A stretch of DNA of 64,000 bases, from positions 32,001-96,000 of IMG/VR virus record IMGVR_UViG_3300037264_006630; one strand, given 5' to 3'. A program made the position numbers and the translations under genes. Below are positions 1-9,252 of the stretch, one piece after another (position 1 is the first letter of the stretch; each line of letters begins with the position of its first letter). The notes below the pieces were generated by a model. The model did not search any database. It saw nothing but the letters and a program-made list of their open reading frames with translations, and was not told the DNA's origin. Source of the stretch: a virus.

Positions 1-123
1 CGGCGTGACGGTGGTGATCAACATGGCCGCGCTGGCGATCCTCGTCACCGAGGCCGCGGTGCAGATCGCCGCTTGGCGCACCGCCTGGGCGGCTCAGTCC
101 ACCCCATCGCCGTCGGCCACCCC

Positions 124-423
124 GTGAGCATCGACCCGACTGTCCGCCGCATCTTCACCGGGACCGGCATCATCTCGCCCGAGATCCGCAAGCAGTACGC
201 GCCCGCGCCTGGCACCCGTTGCAAGCGCTGCCACCGCACGGCGCCGCGCGCGGACGGCATCCCTTGCGCCCTGTGCGCGCCCAGCGACTACTCGCCCGAG
301 GCCGCGGAGGAGCGACACCGCGAGACGGCGGCCTCGGTGGGTCGGGCGATGGGCGACCTGTTCGTCGGCGTCATGGTCCGCCACGTCCATCGCTCTGATG
401 CGAACGACGGGTGGGGCCAGTGA
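124..423 (+). CDS. hypothetical protein with CxxC...CxxC motif
   Basis: GTG start overlaps upstream TGA; GC3-rich codons; coupled to the next gene. Confidence 0.6.
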   Translation: MSIDPTVRRIFTGTGIISPEIRKQYAPAPGTRCKRCHRTAPRADGIPCALCAPSDYSPEAAEERHRETAASVGRAMGDLFVGVMVRHVHRSDANDGWGQ

Positions 424-731
424 GCAACGACTTCCACCTGCGGTGCGCCACCTGCCATCCGTCCAGCGACTCGGAGCACGGCGTCGGATTCGACATGAAC
501 TGGCAGGGGGACCAATTGCTCGCGCTGGTCCCGCAAATGCCTCTCTTCGCTGCGGTCGGAGGAGCCGGCTACGACATCGATCCGGAGAGCCTGAACCTGT
601 GCGGCTCGAGCGCCCTGAAAGGGCTGGCGGCGTGGGCTCTGGCGCACCGAGGCCACGTGTTCGAGGTGTGGTCGGAGTACGGCGACCGGTGGACCGGGGA
701 GGCGGACTACGCCCGGCAGAGGGGCTTATGA
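420..731 (+). CDS. hypothetical protein
   Basis: GTGA overlap with upstream gene, ATGA overlap downstream. Confidence 0.6.
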   Translation: MSNDFHLRCATCHPSSDSEHGVGFDMNWQGDQLLALVPQMPLFAAVGGAGYDIDPESLNLCGSSALKGLAAWALAHRGHVFEVWSEYGDRWTGEADYARQRGL

Positions 732-1081
732 CCCGCCCTCGCGTCGAGAACCTCTCCTTGGCGCTTGTCTCGGCGCGCTGCGATCAGCCCCATCGGGGCA
801 AGGGCGCCGGCGCGCGGATGCTCACCTGTCGGTCGATCGGTTCCGGCACGGCTGCGACGATGATGCATCAAGGTCGGTGGTCGTCTGAAAGCGTGATCGG
901 CTCGGCGCTACCGGCGGCCGGCGGCGTCGGCAGTCACGTCCTGCCCAACGCCGCGCCAGCGGTCGGCACAGGGTTCGATTCGACAGCGGTTCAGATCGTC
1001 GACTTGTTTGCCACCTGGCAGACTGCCAACGCGGGCAACACGATCCAGTGTCACCAGTTCATTCTCGAGGCACTGAACTAG
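728..1081 (+). CDS. possible virion structural protein fragment
   Basis: C-terminus GTGFDSTAVQIVDLFATWQTANAGNTIQCHQFILEALN resembles small beta-rich phage virion proteins (recalled, not searched). Confidence 0.4.
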   Translation: MTRPRVENLSLALVSARCDQPHRGKGAGARMLTCRSIGSGTAATMMHQGRWSSESVIGSALPAAGGVGSHVLPNAAPAVGTGFDSTAVQIVDLFATWQTANAGNTIQCHQFILEALN

Positions 1082-1082
1082 C

Positions 1083-1865
1083 GTGACCGCACGGTTCCGG
1101 CGCGGGCCTGGCGGACCTATTTCGTTCGCGCGGACGCGGCGCGCCGGCACGGTCGATATCGTCGGATCGTCGTCGCCGACGTTGGGGCAGCTCACCACCC
1201 TAGGAGAGGGCACGGTGGATGTGGTTGGCCAGGGGGCGGTCACCCTGGGGCAGCTCACCTCGGCTGGCGCTGGCACGGTCGATGTCGTCGGATCGTCGGC
1301 GGGCACACTTGGCGTGCTGACCTCGAGCGCGACCGGCACAGTGGCGGTTGCTGGTGCGGCAGCGATCAACCTTGGGGTCCTGACCTCGAGTGGCGAGGGC
1401 GTGATCCCGTCGATCGGCGCTCATGGTCGCCCGCAAGCACGCGCGCCGCATCCTGGCGGCGCTGGGAGGTGGGTCGTGACGGCCGGCCGCGAGGTCTACT
1501 GGCGGAAGGACGGGGTCGAGATCGTGTGGTCCGTGAGCGACGACGAGACGAGCGCCGAGGCGCAGATGGGGGCGCTGCGGCTGGTGGTCCAGGAGGTCGT
1601 GGCCATCGGCTACGCCTGGCGCGTCTTCTGGATGAAGGAGGGCTCGTTCCCGACGCCCACTCCCATCGAGCTTCGCTACGACGTCGCCAAGGGCGTCATC
1701 ACCGCGGCAATGAACGAGGCTGCGACGTGGGCCGTGGCTCGCCTCGACGCGCTGGCCGCCTGGTTCAGTGTGAAGCCGCCGACCATCGCGCGCCGGCACC
1801 CCAGCCCACGTCGCGCTCTGGGACGCCGTCAACGCCTACATGATCGCCTGCGGTGGTCGGCATGA
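1083..1865 (+). CDS. repeat-containing protein, probably a fusion of two genes (second start GTG ~1477 has its own GGAGG)
   Basis: ORF track; four 21-aa repeats; internal SD plus GTG. Confidence 0.5.
   Translation: MTARFRRGPGGPISFARTRRAGTVDIVGSSSPTLGQLTTLGEGTVDVVGQGAVTLGQLTSAGAGTVDVVGSSAGTLGVLTSSATGTVAVAGAAAINLGVLTSSGEGVIPSIGAHGRPQARAPHPGGAGRWVVTAGREVYWRKDGVEIVWSVSDDETSAEAQMGALRLVVQEVVAIGYAWRVFWMKEGSFPTPTPIELRYDVAKGVITAAMNEAATWAVARLDALAAWFSVKPPTIARRHPSPRRALGRRQRLHDRLRWSA
1146..1397 (+). repeat. 4 x 63-bp (21-aa) tandem coding repeat GTV(D/A)(I/V)xG....LG(Q/V)LT....
   Basis: GTVDIVGSSSPTLGQLTTLGE / GTVDVVGQGAVTLGQLTSAGA / GTVDVVGSSAGTLGVLTSSAT / GTVAVAGAAAINLGVLTSSGE. Confidence 0.9.
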
Positions 1866-2490
1866 GGCAAGGTCGGGCGCCCGGATGAACGCGGTCGTGA
1901 AGGTCGAAGCCGCCGCGGTCGGCTACGCCACTGAGTTGGTTGAGGCCGCCTACCGCGACGTCGCTCCGAGCCGGTGTTCGCGCGCGGCCTGTGGCGTCGT
2001 CATCGAGCCGGGGGTGGCCGGCATCCACAAGGACACCGACCTGCCCTACTGCCCCGGCTGCACGCGCCGCATCAACGAGGCCAACGGCCAGGAGCTCGTG
2101 GTGCGAGAACGGCGTCGGCCGCCGACGGTCGACCGCATCGAGGGCGCCGCTGCCCCGCCGCCGCCGCCGCTCCTGGTCGGGGTTGCGCTGACCGACCCTC
2201 GCGTCTGGCCCGAGCGCACCCACGTCATCGAGTGGACGATCCCGGCAGGCGACACGCAGTGGCAGATCCGACTCGGCTCCGAAGGCGCGTCGGAAGGCCA
2301 GGTTCGCGTGATGCGCTGGGAGCCTGCCGCGAGACACCGCGAGGCCGGCTGGTACCGGATGTCCCAGGTGGACCTCGAAGCAGACGACTACCGCATGCCC
2401 TGCTACTTGGTGCCGCTCGAGGAGGCCAGCCTCTATCCGTCTACCCGAATCGCGCAGGCCGCGATCGTGGCCGAGGCCGACGAGGCGTAG
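1840..2490 (+). CDS. hypothetical protein (true start may lie upstream across a frameshift at ~1800)
   Basis: ORF track; GC3-rich codons extend upstream in this frame to ~1804. Confidence 0.55.
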   Translation: MIACGGRHEARSGARMNAVVKVEAAAVGYATELVEAAYRDVAPSRCSRAACGVVIEPGVAGIHKDTDLPYCPGCTRRINEANGQELVVRERRRPPTVDRIEGAAAPPPPPLLVGVALTDPRVWPERTHVIEWTIPAGDTQWQIRLGSEGASEGQVRVMRWEPAARHREAGWYRMSQVDLEADDYRMPCYLVPLEEASLYPSTRIAQAAIVAEADEA

Positions 2491-2753
2491 GTTGTGGCGA
2501 CTCTGCTGACCCTCACTACCTGGCCGCACCTGATGCCGGCCCCGACGTGCATCCTCACGGCGAGGCTGGCGAGCGGAGGTGAAGCCATCGCCCGCACCGT
2601 CGCCAGCAACCTGCCGGGGTTCCGGTTCGAGGTCTCAAGCCTCGAGTACACCAGCGAGCCGACCGCCGAAGAGCGCGAGGGGTTCGAGCTGGCGGTGGCG
2701 CGGATGATGATCGGTGCCGACCCACTGCCGACCGGGTGGCCCGGCAACGGCGC

Positions 2754-2793
2754 TTGACGGCACCCGGGCATCGTGCGTATCGTCAAGCGCATG
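2754..2793 (+). promoter_or_regulatory. class A sigma70-like leaderless promoter
   Basis: TTGACG-18-TATCGT-7nt-ATGAA, with TCGTGCG abutting the -10 box. Confidence 0.7.
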
Positions 2794-3159
2794 AACCTGC
2801 GCGGCACCATCCTGGCCACCGTCGAGCACATGCGGGCGGTCATCCGGGGCCCGCGCATCAACCGCGACACCCTCGAGTTGCTGGCGCAGGATCTCCAGGG
2901 TGTCGGCGACGCGATGGGCCTCACCGTTGGTGAGATCGTCGTCTCGGACGAGTTCCGCGCCGGCCGCGCGTTCAAGTTCACCTCGAGCTACGGCCACACC
3001 GTCGAGGTTCGCTGCACCGACGGCGTGGTCTACGCGCGGGGTGACCACGACGGCGAGCCCTGCCCGGTCGGCGGCGACTGCCACCTGTGGGCGCCGATCA
3101 GGCTCCTGCCGATCCTCGATCTCGACATGCCGGCCGCCTTCGTCACGGAGCACAAGTGA
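2791..3159 (+). CDS. hypothetical protein
   Basis: ATG at the end of the class A promoter; ORF track. Confidence 0.65.
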   Translation: MNLRGTILATVEHMRAVIRGPRINRDTLELLAQDLQGVGDAMGLTVGEIVVSDEFRAGRAFKFTSSYGHTVEVRCTDGVVYARGDHDGEPCPVGGDCHLWAPIRLLPILDLDMPAAFVTEHK

Positions 3160-3650
3160 TGGTCCCTTGGTACATCGCCCAGGGCCGCCCGGTGCGGAAG
3201 AACCCGAACGGCCGGGCCGGCATCATCCAGAGCGATGTGCCGTCCGAGGCCGAGTACGTCGGCGTGCAGTGGAGCGACGGCCACGCCTCGATGCAGCCGG
3301 TCGGCGAACTCATCCGCTGGGAGCCGAACGTCGGCGACCTCGTGGTCACGCTCACCGGTAGTTGGGTCGACACCGTTCTCGAGGTCCAGGACGGTCGCTA
3401 CTACTTCGCCCGGGTCGCCTGGCCACGTTTCCTGCACGAGCTCCGGCCGCGAATGCAGGACGACGTGTGGTTCCCGGTCCCGGGCGAGCAGGTCCGCATC
3501 CGCGACACCGATCAGGTCGGCATCGTGCGCCCGCCCTGGCACGACAGCGAGCGCGGCCATCGCGTCGACCTGGGTGACGGCGGCGACCGCGGCGACCGCA
3601 AGTACCTCCCCTACCAACTCGCCCCGGTGGCGCCGATGCGGGAGGTCTGA
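3159..3650 (+). CDS. hypothetical protein, possibly tandem SH3/KOW-like barrels
   Basis: TGATG coupling; repeated GDLV / GEQVRI...VGIV beta motifs. Confidence 0.55.
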   Translation: MVPWYIAQGRPVRKNPNGRAGIIQSDVPSEAEYVGVQWSDGHASMQPVGELIRWEPNVGDLVVTLTGSWVDTVLEVQDGRYYFARVAWPRFLHELRPRMQDDVWFPVPGEQVRIRDTDQVGIVRPPWHDSERGHRVDLGDGGDRGDRKYLPYQLAPVAPMREV

Positions 3651-4078
3651 TGTCGGTCGTCGAGGAGTACGACGAGTACGGGCCGCGGCTCAAGCCCAAG
3701 CGGCTGTCGACCTACCGATGGCGGATGACGGCGCGGCGCATGCGCGACAGCCAGTGGTTGTTCATGGAGAGGGCGGTCGCACGCGGAACGCTGTGGTTCT
3801 GCACCTGGAATCGCAGCCGCCGCGAGGAGAAGCCCGACGAGATCCGGTGCAGCCTGATTGGGGGCGACACCTACAGCCAGTGGATCCGCTGCCACCCGGA
3901 CTGGTTCGTTGTCGGTGAGTGGGACCACGCGCGAGAGGCGTTCCCGGTCCAGGTGACGGATGCCGGCCGGGCCGCTCTTGCCGACCGCGCCCCGTACGAT
4001 CACGAACCGATTGAGGGCGGCATGGTCGATCCGGGGTGGGACGCGATCCCATTCCCTCCCCGCAAGCGGAGGAACTGA
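3650..4078 (+). CDS. hypothetical protein
   Basis: TGATG overlaps on both sides. Confidence 0.65.
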   Translation: MSVVEEYDEYGPRLKPKRLSTYRWRMTARRMRDSQWLFMERAVARGTLWFCTWNRSRREEKPDEIRCSLIGGDTYSQWIRCHPDWFVVGEWDHAREAFPVQVTDAGRAALADRAPYDHEPIEGGMVDPGWDAIPFPPRKRRN

Positions 4079-4356
4079 TGGCGCGCCAGCCGCTCACCCC
4101 AGGACTTCTGACCTGGGCCAAGTCCGAGAAGCGTCGCTGCCCGACCTGCAAACGCCTCGTCGGCTTCGTCGGTGGCGCCTTCGCGCCGCATCCGCGCGAC
4201 CAGGGCATGTGCCCGGTGAACGAGATCCTGGGCCTCGAGCGGAAGCCAGCGCCGAGACGCCGGCCAGTGCGCGCGGCGGCGCCCGTGGCTAAGCCCGTGC
4301 CCGACCGGGTCGCCATCATGCGCGCGCTCGGCGCGAGGAAGCGGCCGACCGGATGA
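4078..4356 (+). CDS. small Zn-ribbon protein
   Basis: CPTCK...HP..MCP; coupled start. Confidence 0.55.
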   Translation: MARQPLTPGLLTWAKSEKRRCPTCKRLVGFVGGAFAPHPRDQGMCPVNEILGLERKPAPRRRPVRAAAPVAKPVPDRVAIMRALGARKRPTG

Positions 4357-5165
4357 GCCTGCGGTCGGTCGGCGACTTGCTGCGGAAGGTTGCGGTGCGA
4401 GCTGGCGCCGATGCGCCGGTGCGTCCCGGCCGCAAGAGCCTGCCGCTCTCGATGACCATCGCTGAGGCGGTGTCGATCGCCGGCACGCTGGGCAAGCCCT
4501 CCAAGATGCCGGGCTACTCCTACGGGCTCGATGCCCGGCGGTGCCATCGCGGCTCGGTCATGCACAAGGTGCCCGGCTCGATCTGCGCCGGCTGCTACGC
4601 GCTGACCGACTTCTACTTGACGTGGCGCGCGGCGGAGCGCGGACGTGAGCGCCGGGAGTCGGGCCTTGAGCATCCGAGGTGGGTCGATGCGATGGTGCGG
4701 CAGATCAGCCACTACTGCGTCGGCGAGAACGACTACTTCCGCTGGCACGACTCCGGCGATCTCCACAGCGTGGAGCACCTCGAGCGGATCGTTGCGGTCT
4801 GCCGCCGCACTCCGCAGGTGAAGCACTGGCTGCCCACCCGCGAGTACGAGATGGTGAAGGAGTACCGGAGCCGGCACGGCGCGTTCCCCGCCAACCTGTG
4901 CGTGCGGCTGTCGGCTCTCATGATCGACGCCGAGCCGCCGGTGGCGCTACCCGGCCAGGTCGTGCCGCCCGGCGTCATCGTCATCCCGCCCGAGCTCTAC
5001 GATCTGCCGACTTCGACCGTCCACACCCCCGGCGCACCACCGCCGCTGCACGGGGTGAAGGGCGCGATCGTGTGCCGCGCGGTCGAGTTGCGCGACAACA
5101 GGTGCGGTAAGTGTCGAGCCTGCTGGTCAAACCGCGTCCGCTGTGTGTCCTACGGCCAGCACTAA
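4353..5165 (+). CDS. GP88 (gene product 88)-like phage protein
   Basis: SKMPG, ICAGCYA, FRWHDSGD, HWLPTRE, NLCVRLS and C-terminal CGKCRACW motifs. Confidence 0.8.
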   Translation: MSLRSVGDLLRKVAVRAGADAPVRPGRKSLPLSMTIAEAVSIAGTLGKPSKMPGYSYGLDARRCHRGSVMHKVPGSICAGCYALTDFYLTWRAAERGRERRESGLEHPRWVDAMVRQISHYCVGENDYFRWHDSGDLHSVEHLERIVAVCRRTPQVKHWLPTREYEMVKEYRSRHGAFPANLCVRLSALMIDAEPPVALPGQVVPPGVIVIPPELYDLPTSTVHTPGAPPPLHGVKGAIVCRAVELRDNRCGKCRACWSNRVRCVSYGQH

Positions 5166-5174
5166 GGAGACCCC

Positions 5175-5372
5175 ATGCCCGCCCCCGGAAGCATCACGCC
5201 GCCCGATCCCTCAACCGAAGAACAACAGCGCATCATCGACGACCTGCTGAGACAGATTCCGCGCCGGTCGCGTCGAGATGAAGATCGCAAAGGGCCCTTC
5301 AAGCCGCCCGGGATCGACAACCCGTTCCGGCGGCCTGGAATCGATAACCCCTACTCGCCACCGCCCCTCTGA
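5175..5372 (+). CDS. small Pro-rich protein with a duplicated PGIDNP motif
   Basis: AAGGAG SD; ORF track. Confidence 0.6.
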   Translation: MPAPGSITPPDPSTEEQQRIIDDLLRQIPRRSRRDEDRKGPFKPPGIDNPFRRPGIDNPYSPPPL

Positions 5373-5382
5373 TCGGACCCCG

Positions 5383-5967
5383 ATGATCCTCTCCGACAGC
5401 GCCATCGACTTCGCCCGGCAAGCCGGCCGCATCGTCATCGAGCCCTACGACCCAGCCTGCCTGGGCGGCAACAGCTACGACGTCCACCTGAGCAAGCACC
5501 TGGCGACCTACGCCTTGCCGCTCGCCCACGCGCAGCCCGGCCAGCATGCGATGTTCGAGCCGGTCTACCTGGACGTGAAGAAGGAGCCGACGGTCTACCG
5601 GTTCGAGATCCCGGAAGACGGCTACCTCCTGCGGCCGGGCGTCCTCTACCTCGCCTCGACGGAGGAGTACACCGAGACGCTCGACCACGTCCCGTACCTG
5701 GACGGCCGCAGCTCGGTCGGCCGGTACGGCGTCTCCATCCACGTCACGGCTGGCCGCGGCGACGTCGGGTTCAAGGGCCACTGGACGATGGAGATCACCG
5801 TCGTCCACCCGATCAAGGTCTACGCCGGTATGCCGATCGGGCAGCTCACCTTCCACTCGGTCCTGGGCGATGTGCAGAGCCGCTACGACACCAAGCCCGG
5901 CGCCAAGTACGCCGAGCGCGACCCGCTCCCGCAGCCGTCGCGGATGTTCAAGAACTTCACGCCATGA
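5383..5967 (+). CDS. dcd: dCTP deaminase
   Basis: MILSD start, SYDVHL, LASTEE, GRSSVGRYG, AGRGDVGFKGHWTMEI, IGQL motifs. Confidence 0.9.
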   Translation: MILSDSAIDFARQAGRIVIEPYDPACLGGNSYDVHLSKHLATYALPLAHAQPGQHAMFEPVYLDVKKEPTVYRFEIPEDGYLLRPGVLYLASTEEYTETLDHVPYLDGRSSVGRYGVSIHVTAGRGDVGFKGHWTMEITVVHPIKVYAGMPIGQLTFHSVLGDVQSRYDTKPGAKYAERDPLPQPSRMFKNFTP

Positions 5968-6359
5968 CGCTCTCCCCGCCGACCCGCTCTAGCTGGTGGC
6001 GCCGCGGCCTGCGCCGCTTGGCGCAAGGCATCCGCCGTCGCCAGACGCCGCCCGTGCTGGGCCGGCTGCGGGCGCCCGAGCTCGTCATCCATCACGAGCG
6101 CGCGGACGACATCCGGGCCTGGGCCGCGCGCTACCTGCCGTGCTCCTTCACTGCGACCGACGGCTTCGTGCATGTCGTCACCCGCATCACGGTCACCGGC
6201 GACGCTACCGGCATCCGGGTCCGGCTCGACTTCGGCCGCTCGTGGTGGACCAACGCCGAAGACGAGCGCCTTGCGTGGAGCCTGGCGCAGCGGACGGCAC
6301 TGGCCATCGCGACGTGGATCGGGGCCTCCACCCTGTGGCAGTCGGAAGGGCAAGCCTGA
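5964..6359 (+). CDS. hypothetical protein
   Basis: ATGA overlap; ORF track. Confidence 0.55.
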   Translation: MTLSPPTRSSWWRRGLRRLAQGIRRRQTPPVLGRLRAPELVIHHERADDIRAWAARYLPCSFTATDGFVHVVTRITVTGDATGIRVRLDFGRSWWTNAEDERLAWSLAQRTALAIATWIGASTLWQSEGQA

Positions 6360-6745
6360 TGGCGACCCGCACCAAGCGCCTGCGGCTGCTCGGCGAGGCC
6401 CTCGCCTCGATCCCCGAGGTCGAGTGCAAGGGTTTGTGCTGGGAGTCGTGCGGGCCGGTCCCGCTCTCGGGCGTCGAGGTGATGGCGATCGAGCAGTCGA
6501 CCGGCGCGTCCGCGGATCTCGATCCCGAGGGCCTGCCGGGAGCGAACCTGCTGGCGACCGGGGATGACCTCCGGTGCCGGTACCTGTCGGCCGACCACCG
6601 CTGCACGGTCTACGCGGTGAGGCCGCTCATCTGCCGGGTGTTCGGCGTCGCAGCCAAGCTGCCATGCCCGCACGGCTGCGTGCCCAAGGAGCCGATGCCG
6701 GAGCCAAATGTTCGCGCCTTGATCGATCGAGTTCGGAGGATCTGA
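6359..6745 (+). CDS. YkgJ-family cysteine-cluster (CxxCxxCC-type) protein
   Basis: CKGLCWESCG...CRYL...RCTVYAVRPLICRVFG. Confidence 0.8.
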   Translation: MATRTKRLRLLGEALASIPEVECKGLCWESCGPVPLSGVEVMAIEQSTGASADLDPEGLPGANLLATGDDLRCRYLSADHRCTVYAVRPLICRVFGVAAKLPCPHGCVPKEPMPEPNVRALIDRVRRI

Positions 6746-8121
6746 TGCCCGTCATGAAGTTCGAGCGCCGCCAGTACGCCGAGAAGGCAATTACCTACCT
6801 GCGGGCGGCACTCGCCAAGCACAAGCGAGTGATCGCTGTCTCCCCGACCGGATCAGGCAAGACCGTGATCGTGTCGCAACTCGTGAAGCGCGAGACGCGC
6901 TGGCGTCGTGTGCTGTTCCTCGCCCACCGCTACGAGCTCGTCGATCAGGCGTATCGCACGCTGACCGCGCTCGGCCTGGACGTGGGCGTGATGATGGCGT
7001 CGGACCAGGAGCTCCACGGCAACGAGCGCGTCAACCCGAAGGCACGGGTCCAGGTGGGCAGCGTCCAGACGATCGCCGCCCGTGGCGTCCCGCCCGGTGT
7101 CGACCTAATCGTGTTCGACGAAGCCCACCGGACGATGGCCGATAGCTACCAGAGCATCGCCGACGCCTGTCCGAAGGCGCAGATCCTCGGAGTGACGGCG
7201 ACGCCATGCCGTCTGGACGGCAAGGGGCTGGGCGACTTCTACCGGGACATGTACGTCATCGCGAGGCCAAGCAAGCTCTACGAGGACGGCTACCTCGCCA
7301 AGCCACGAACGTACTCGGCGCCACCGGACGTGCTCGCCAGGCTTGCCAGCGAGTTGAAGGGCGCCAGGTCGCAGGCCGGTGACTTCGCGCCCAAGAGCTT
7401 GTCCGATGCCGTCGACAAGAAGTACCTCATCGGCCGTGTCGTCGAGGAGACATTGCGCCTAGCGCCTGGCGTTCCGAAGGTGGTGTTCGCCTGCAACGTG
7501 GCGCACTCGAAGCACCTGGCCCGTTCCTTCAAGCGCGCCGGTGTCGTTGCTGCGCACGTTGACGGAGCGACGCCAGCCGAGGAGCGTTCCGCTCTCCTCA
7601 CGGCGCTGCGGGAGCGGGATGTTGAGGTGGTCTGCAACGTGGACGTGCTCAGTGAGGGCTGGGATCTCCCAGCCCTTGGCGCCGTGGTTGTCGCGCGGCC
7701 GACCAAGAGCCTCGCCCGCTTTCTCCAGATGGTCGGCCGCGTCCAGCGCACCTTCCACGGGAAGAAGCCGATCATCATCGACCACGGTGCCAACGTGCAA
7801 CGTCTCGACTGTCTACCGGGCGAAGACCTCGACTGGTCGCTCGATGCCGGGGTGGACCGGGCCGACGGCGAGGGACAGTGGTCTCGGGTGAAGGTGTGCA
7901 AGCAGTGCCAGTCCTGCATCCCAGAGGGGTGTCGGATCTGCCCGGACTGCGATAGCGCGCAGCCCAAGACGGCACGCGAGGAACGCGAAGAAGTGGAGGC
8001 GCAACTGGTGGAAGTCACAGCAACGCGCATGGCCGAACGCCGCGCGCGTGTGGAGGCGCTGGCGAAGCAGAAGAACGCTCCTCCTGGCTGGGTAGACAAA
8101 GTGATAGCGGCGTTTCGGTGA
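6745..8121 (+). CDS. SF2 DEAD/DEAH-box helicase with C-terminal Zn ribbon (YejH/RadD-like)
   Basis: PTGSGKT, LAHRYEL, FDEAH, GVTATP, NVDVLSEGWD, QMVGRVQR, CKQC...CPDC. Confidence 0.9.
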   Translation: MPVMKFERRQYAEKAITYLRAALAKHKRVIAVSPTGSGKTVIVSQLVKRETRWRRVLFLAHRYELVDQAYRTLTALGLDVGVMMASDQELHGNERVNPKARVQVGSVQTIAARGVPPGVDLIVFDEAHRTMADSYQSIADACPKAQILGVTATPCRLDGKGLGDFYRDMYVIARPSKLYEDGYLAKPRTYSAPPDVLARLASELKGARSQAGDFAPKSLSDAVDKKYLIGRVVEETLRLAPGVPKVVFACNVAHSKHLARSFKRAGVVAAHVDGATPAEERSALLTALRERDVEVVCNVDVLSEGWDLPALGAVVVARPTKSLARFLQMVGRVQRTFHGKKPIIIDHGANVQRLDCLPGEDLDWSLDAGVDRADGEGQWSRVKVCKQCQSCIPEGCRICPDCDSAQPKTAREEREEVEAQLVEVTATRMAERRARVEALAKQKNAPPGWVDKVIAAFR

Positions 8122-8125
8122 ATTG

Positions 8126-8521
8126 ATGGGCCGTCGACGTGAACCAAAGCCGTGCCTTTACTGCAAGTTGCTGTTCTGGCCAAAGAAACCAAACAACTGG
8201 TACGGGTTCGGCGCCAAGAAGTATTGCGGTTCCGAGTGCGCCATCGCTGCGCAGAAACAACGATTCGTTCCAATGGAAAAGAAGTGTCGAGGATGCGACA
8301 CCATTCTGGTGAGGACCCCACTCCAGGGAGAGGCATCATTTGGATATCGCAAGTATTGCTCTGTCGCATGTTCAGTCGCCAAGCAGCGGCGTGAGTTCTA
8401 CGAGACTGGCGGGTTCGTCTTGTTCGGTATCAGGTGTTCGGTAAAGGAGTTGGCGCTGGCCATCGGGGTGTCAGGCAACAAGGTGCGCACGGTGTGCGCT
8501 GCGATCGGATGTCCGCAGTGA
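8126..8521 (+). CDS. Zn-finger repeat protein (2 CxxC-x(n)-[YF]CxxxC units) with C-terminal HTH
   Basis: YCGSEC, YCSVAC; KELALAIGVS; more A/T-ending codons than neighbours. Confidence 0.65.
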   Translation: MGRRREPKPCLYCKLLFWPKKPNNWYGFGAKKYCGSECAIAAQKQRFVPMEKKCRGCDTILVRTPLQGEASFGYRKYCSVACSVAKQRREFYETGGFVLFGIRCSVKELALAIGVSGNKVRTVCAAIGCPQ

Positions 8522-9252
8522 AGACGAGGGATTGCCAGTATTGCGGCGATCTGGTCGTCGGACCCAATCGGAGTCGAGCCACCTACTGCAACAAGCGGTG
8601 CGCCGACCTCGCCAGGACCACCAAGGTCCGTGCTGGTCGCCGTTGCGGTACGTGCAAGAAGCTACTCGTGGCCAGACCTCGCGAGTTGACGTGCCGATTC
8701 GCGGTCCGCCGGTTCTGCGACAAGCACTGCCAGGGCCTTGCGGCTCGCAAGCACAAGATGACGCCAAAGAAGTGCCGGCAGTGCTCGAGGTGGATCAAGC
8801 CGCGGCCCGGCGGTTCCACCACCGAGTACGCCAAGCGCCGCTTCTGCGGCAAGCGATGCGCTGGCGACGCGCTAAAGATGGAGCTGCCCGTCTCCAAGCA
8901 GTGCCACCACTGCAAGGCAAAGATGAAGCGTCGAGTCGGCGAGCGGTCCGCGGGATGGGCGCGTCGCGTGTTCTGCGACGCCGACTGCTCCGGTGCGTCC
9001 CGCTCTGCATCAGCAGGGATGCCGGTGAGCAAGGTCTGTGCGGCTCCTGCCTGCGCAGCGACGATGACTCGCCGGCCGAACGAGGTGTCCCACCAATGGC
9101 GCAAGCGTCGTTTCTGCAACACCAAGTGCGCGGGATGGAACCATCAGATGCGCCTGTTCGGCGTGGTGGTCCCGCGTGATGAACTGGCCGAGGCGCTCGG
9201 GATAACGCCGACTGCGGCGACGTACCACGCCAGAAAGGCAGGTGGCCTGTGA
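8518..9252 (+). CDS. Zn-finger repeat protein (5 units) with C-terminal HTH; paralog of the upstream gene
   Basis: YCNKRC, FCDKHC, FCGKRC, FCDADC, FCNTKC; DELAEALGIT. Confidence 0.7.
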   Translation: MKTRDCQYCGDLVVGPNRSRATYCNKRCADLARTTKVRAGRRCGTCKKLLVARPRELTCRFAVRRFCDKHCQGLAARKHKMTPKKCRQCSRWIKPRPGGSTTEYAKRRFCGKRCAGDALKMELPVSKQCHHCKAKMKRRVGERSAGWARRVFCDADCSGASRSASAGMPVSKVCAAPACAATMTRRPNEVSHQWRKRRFCNTKCAGWNHQMRLFGVVVPRDELAEALGITPTAATYHARKAGGL

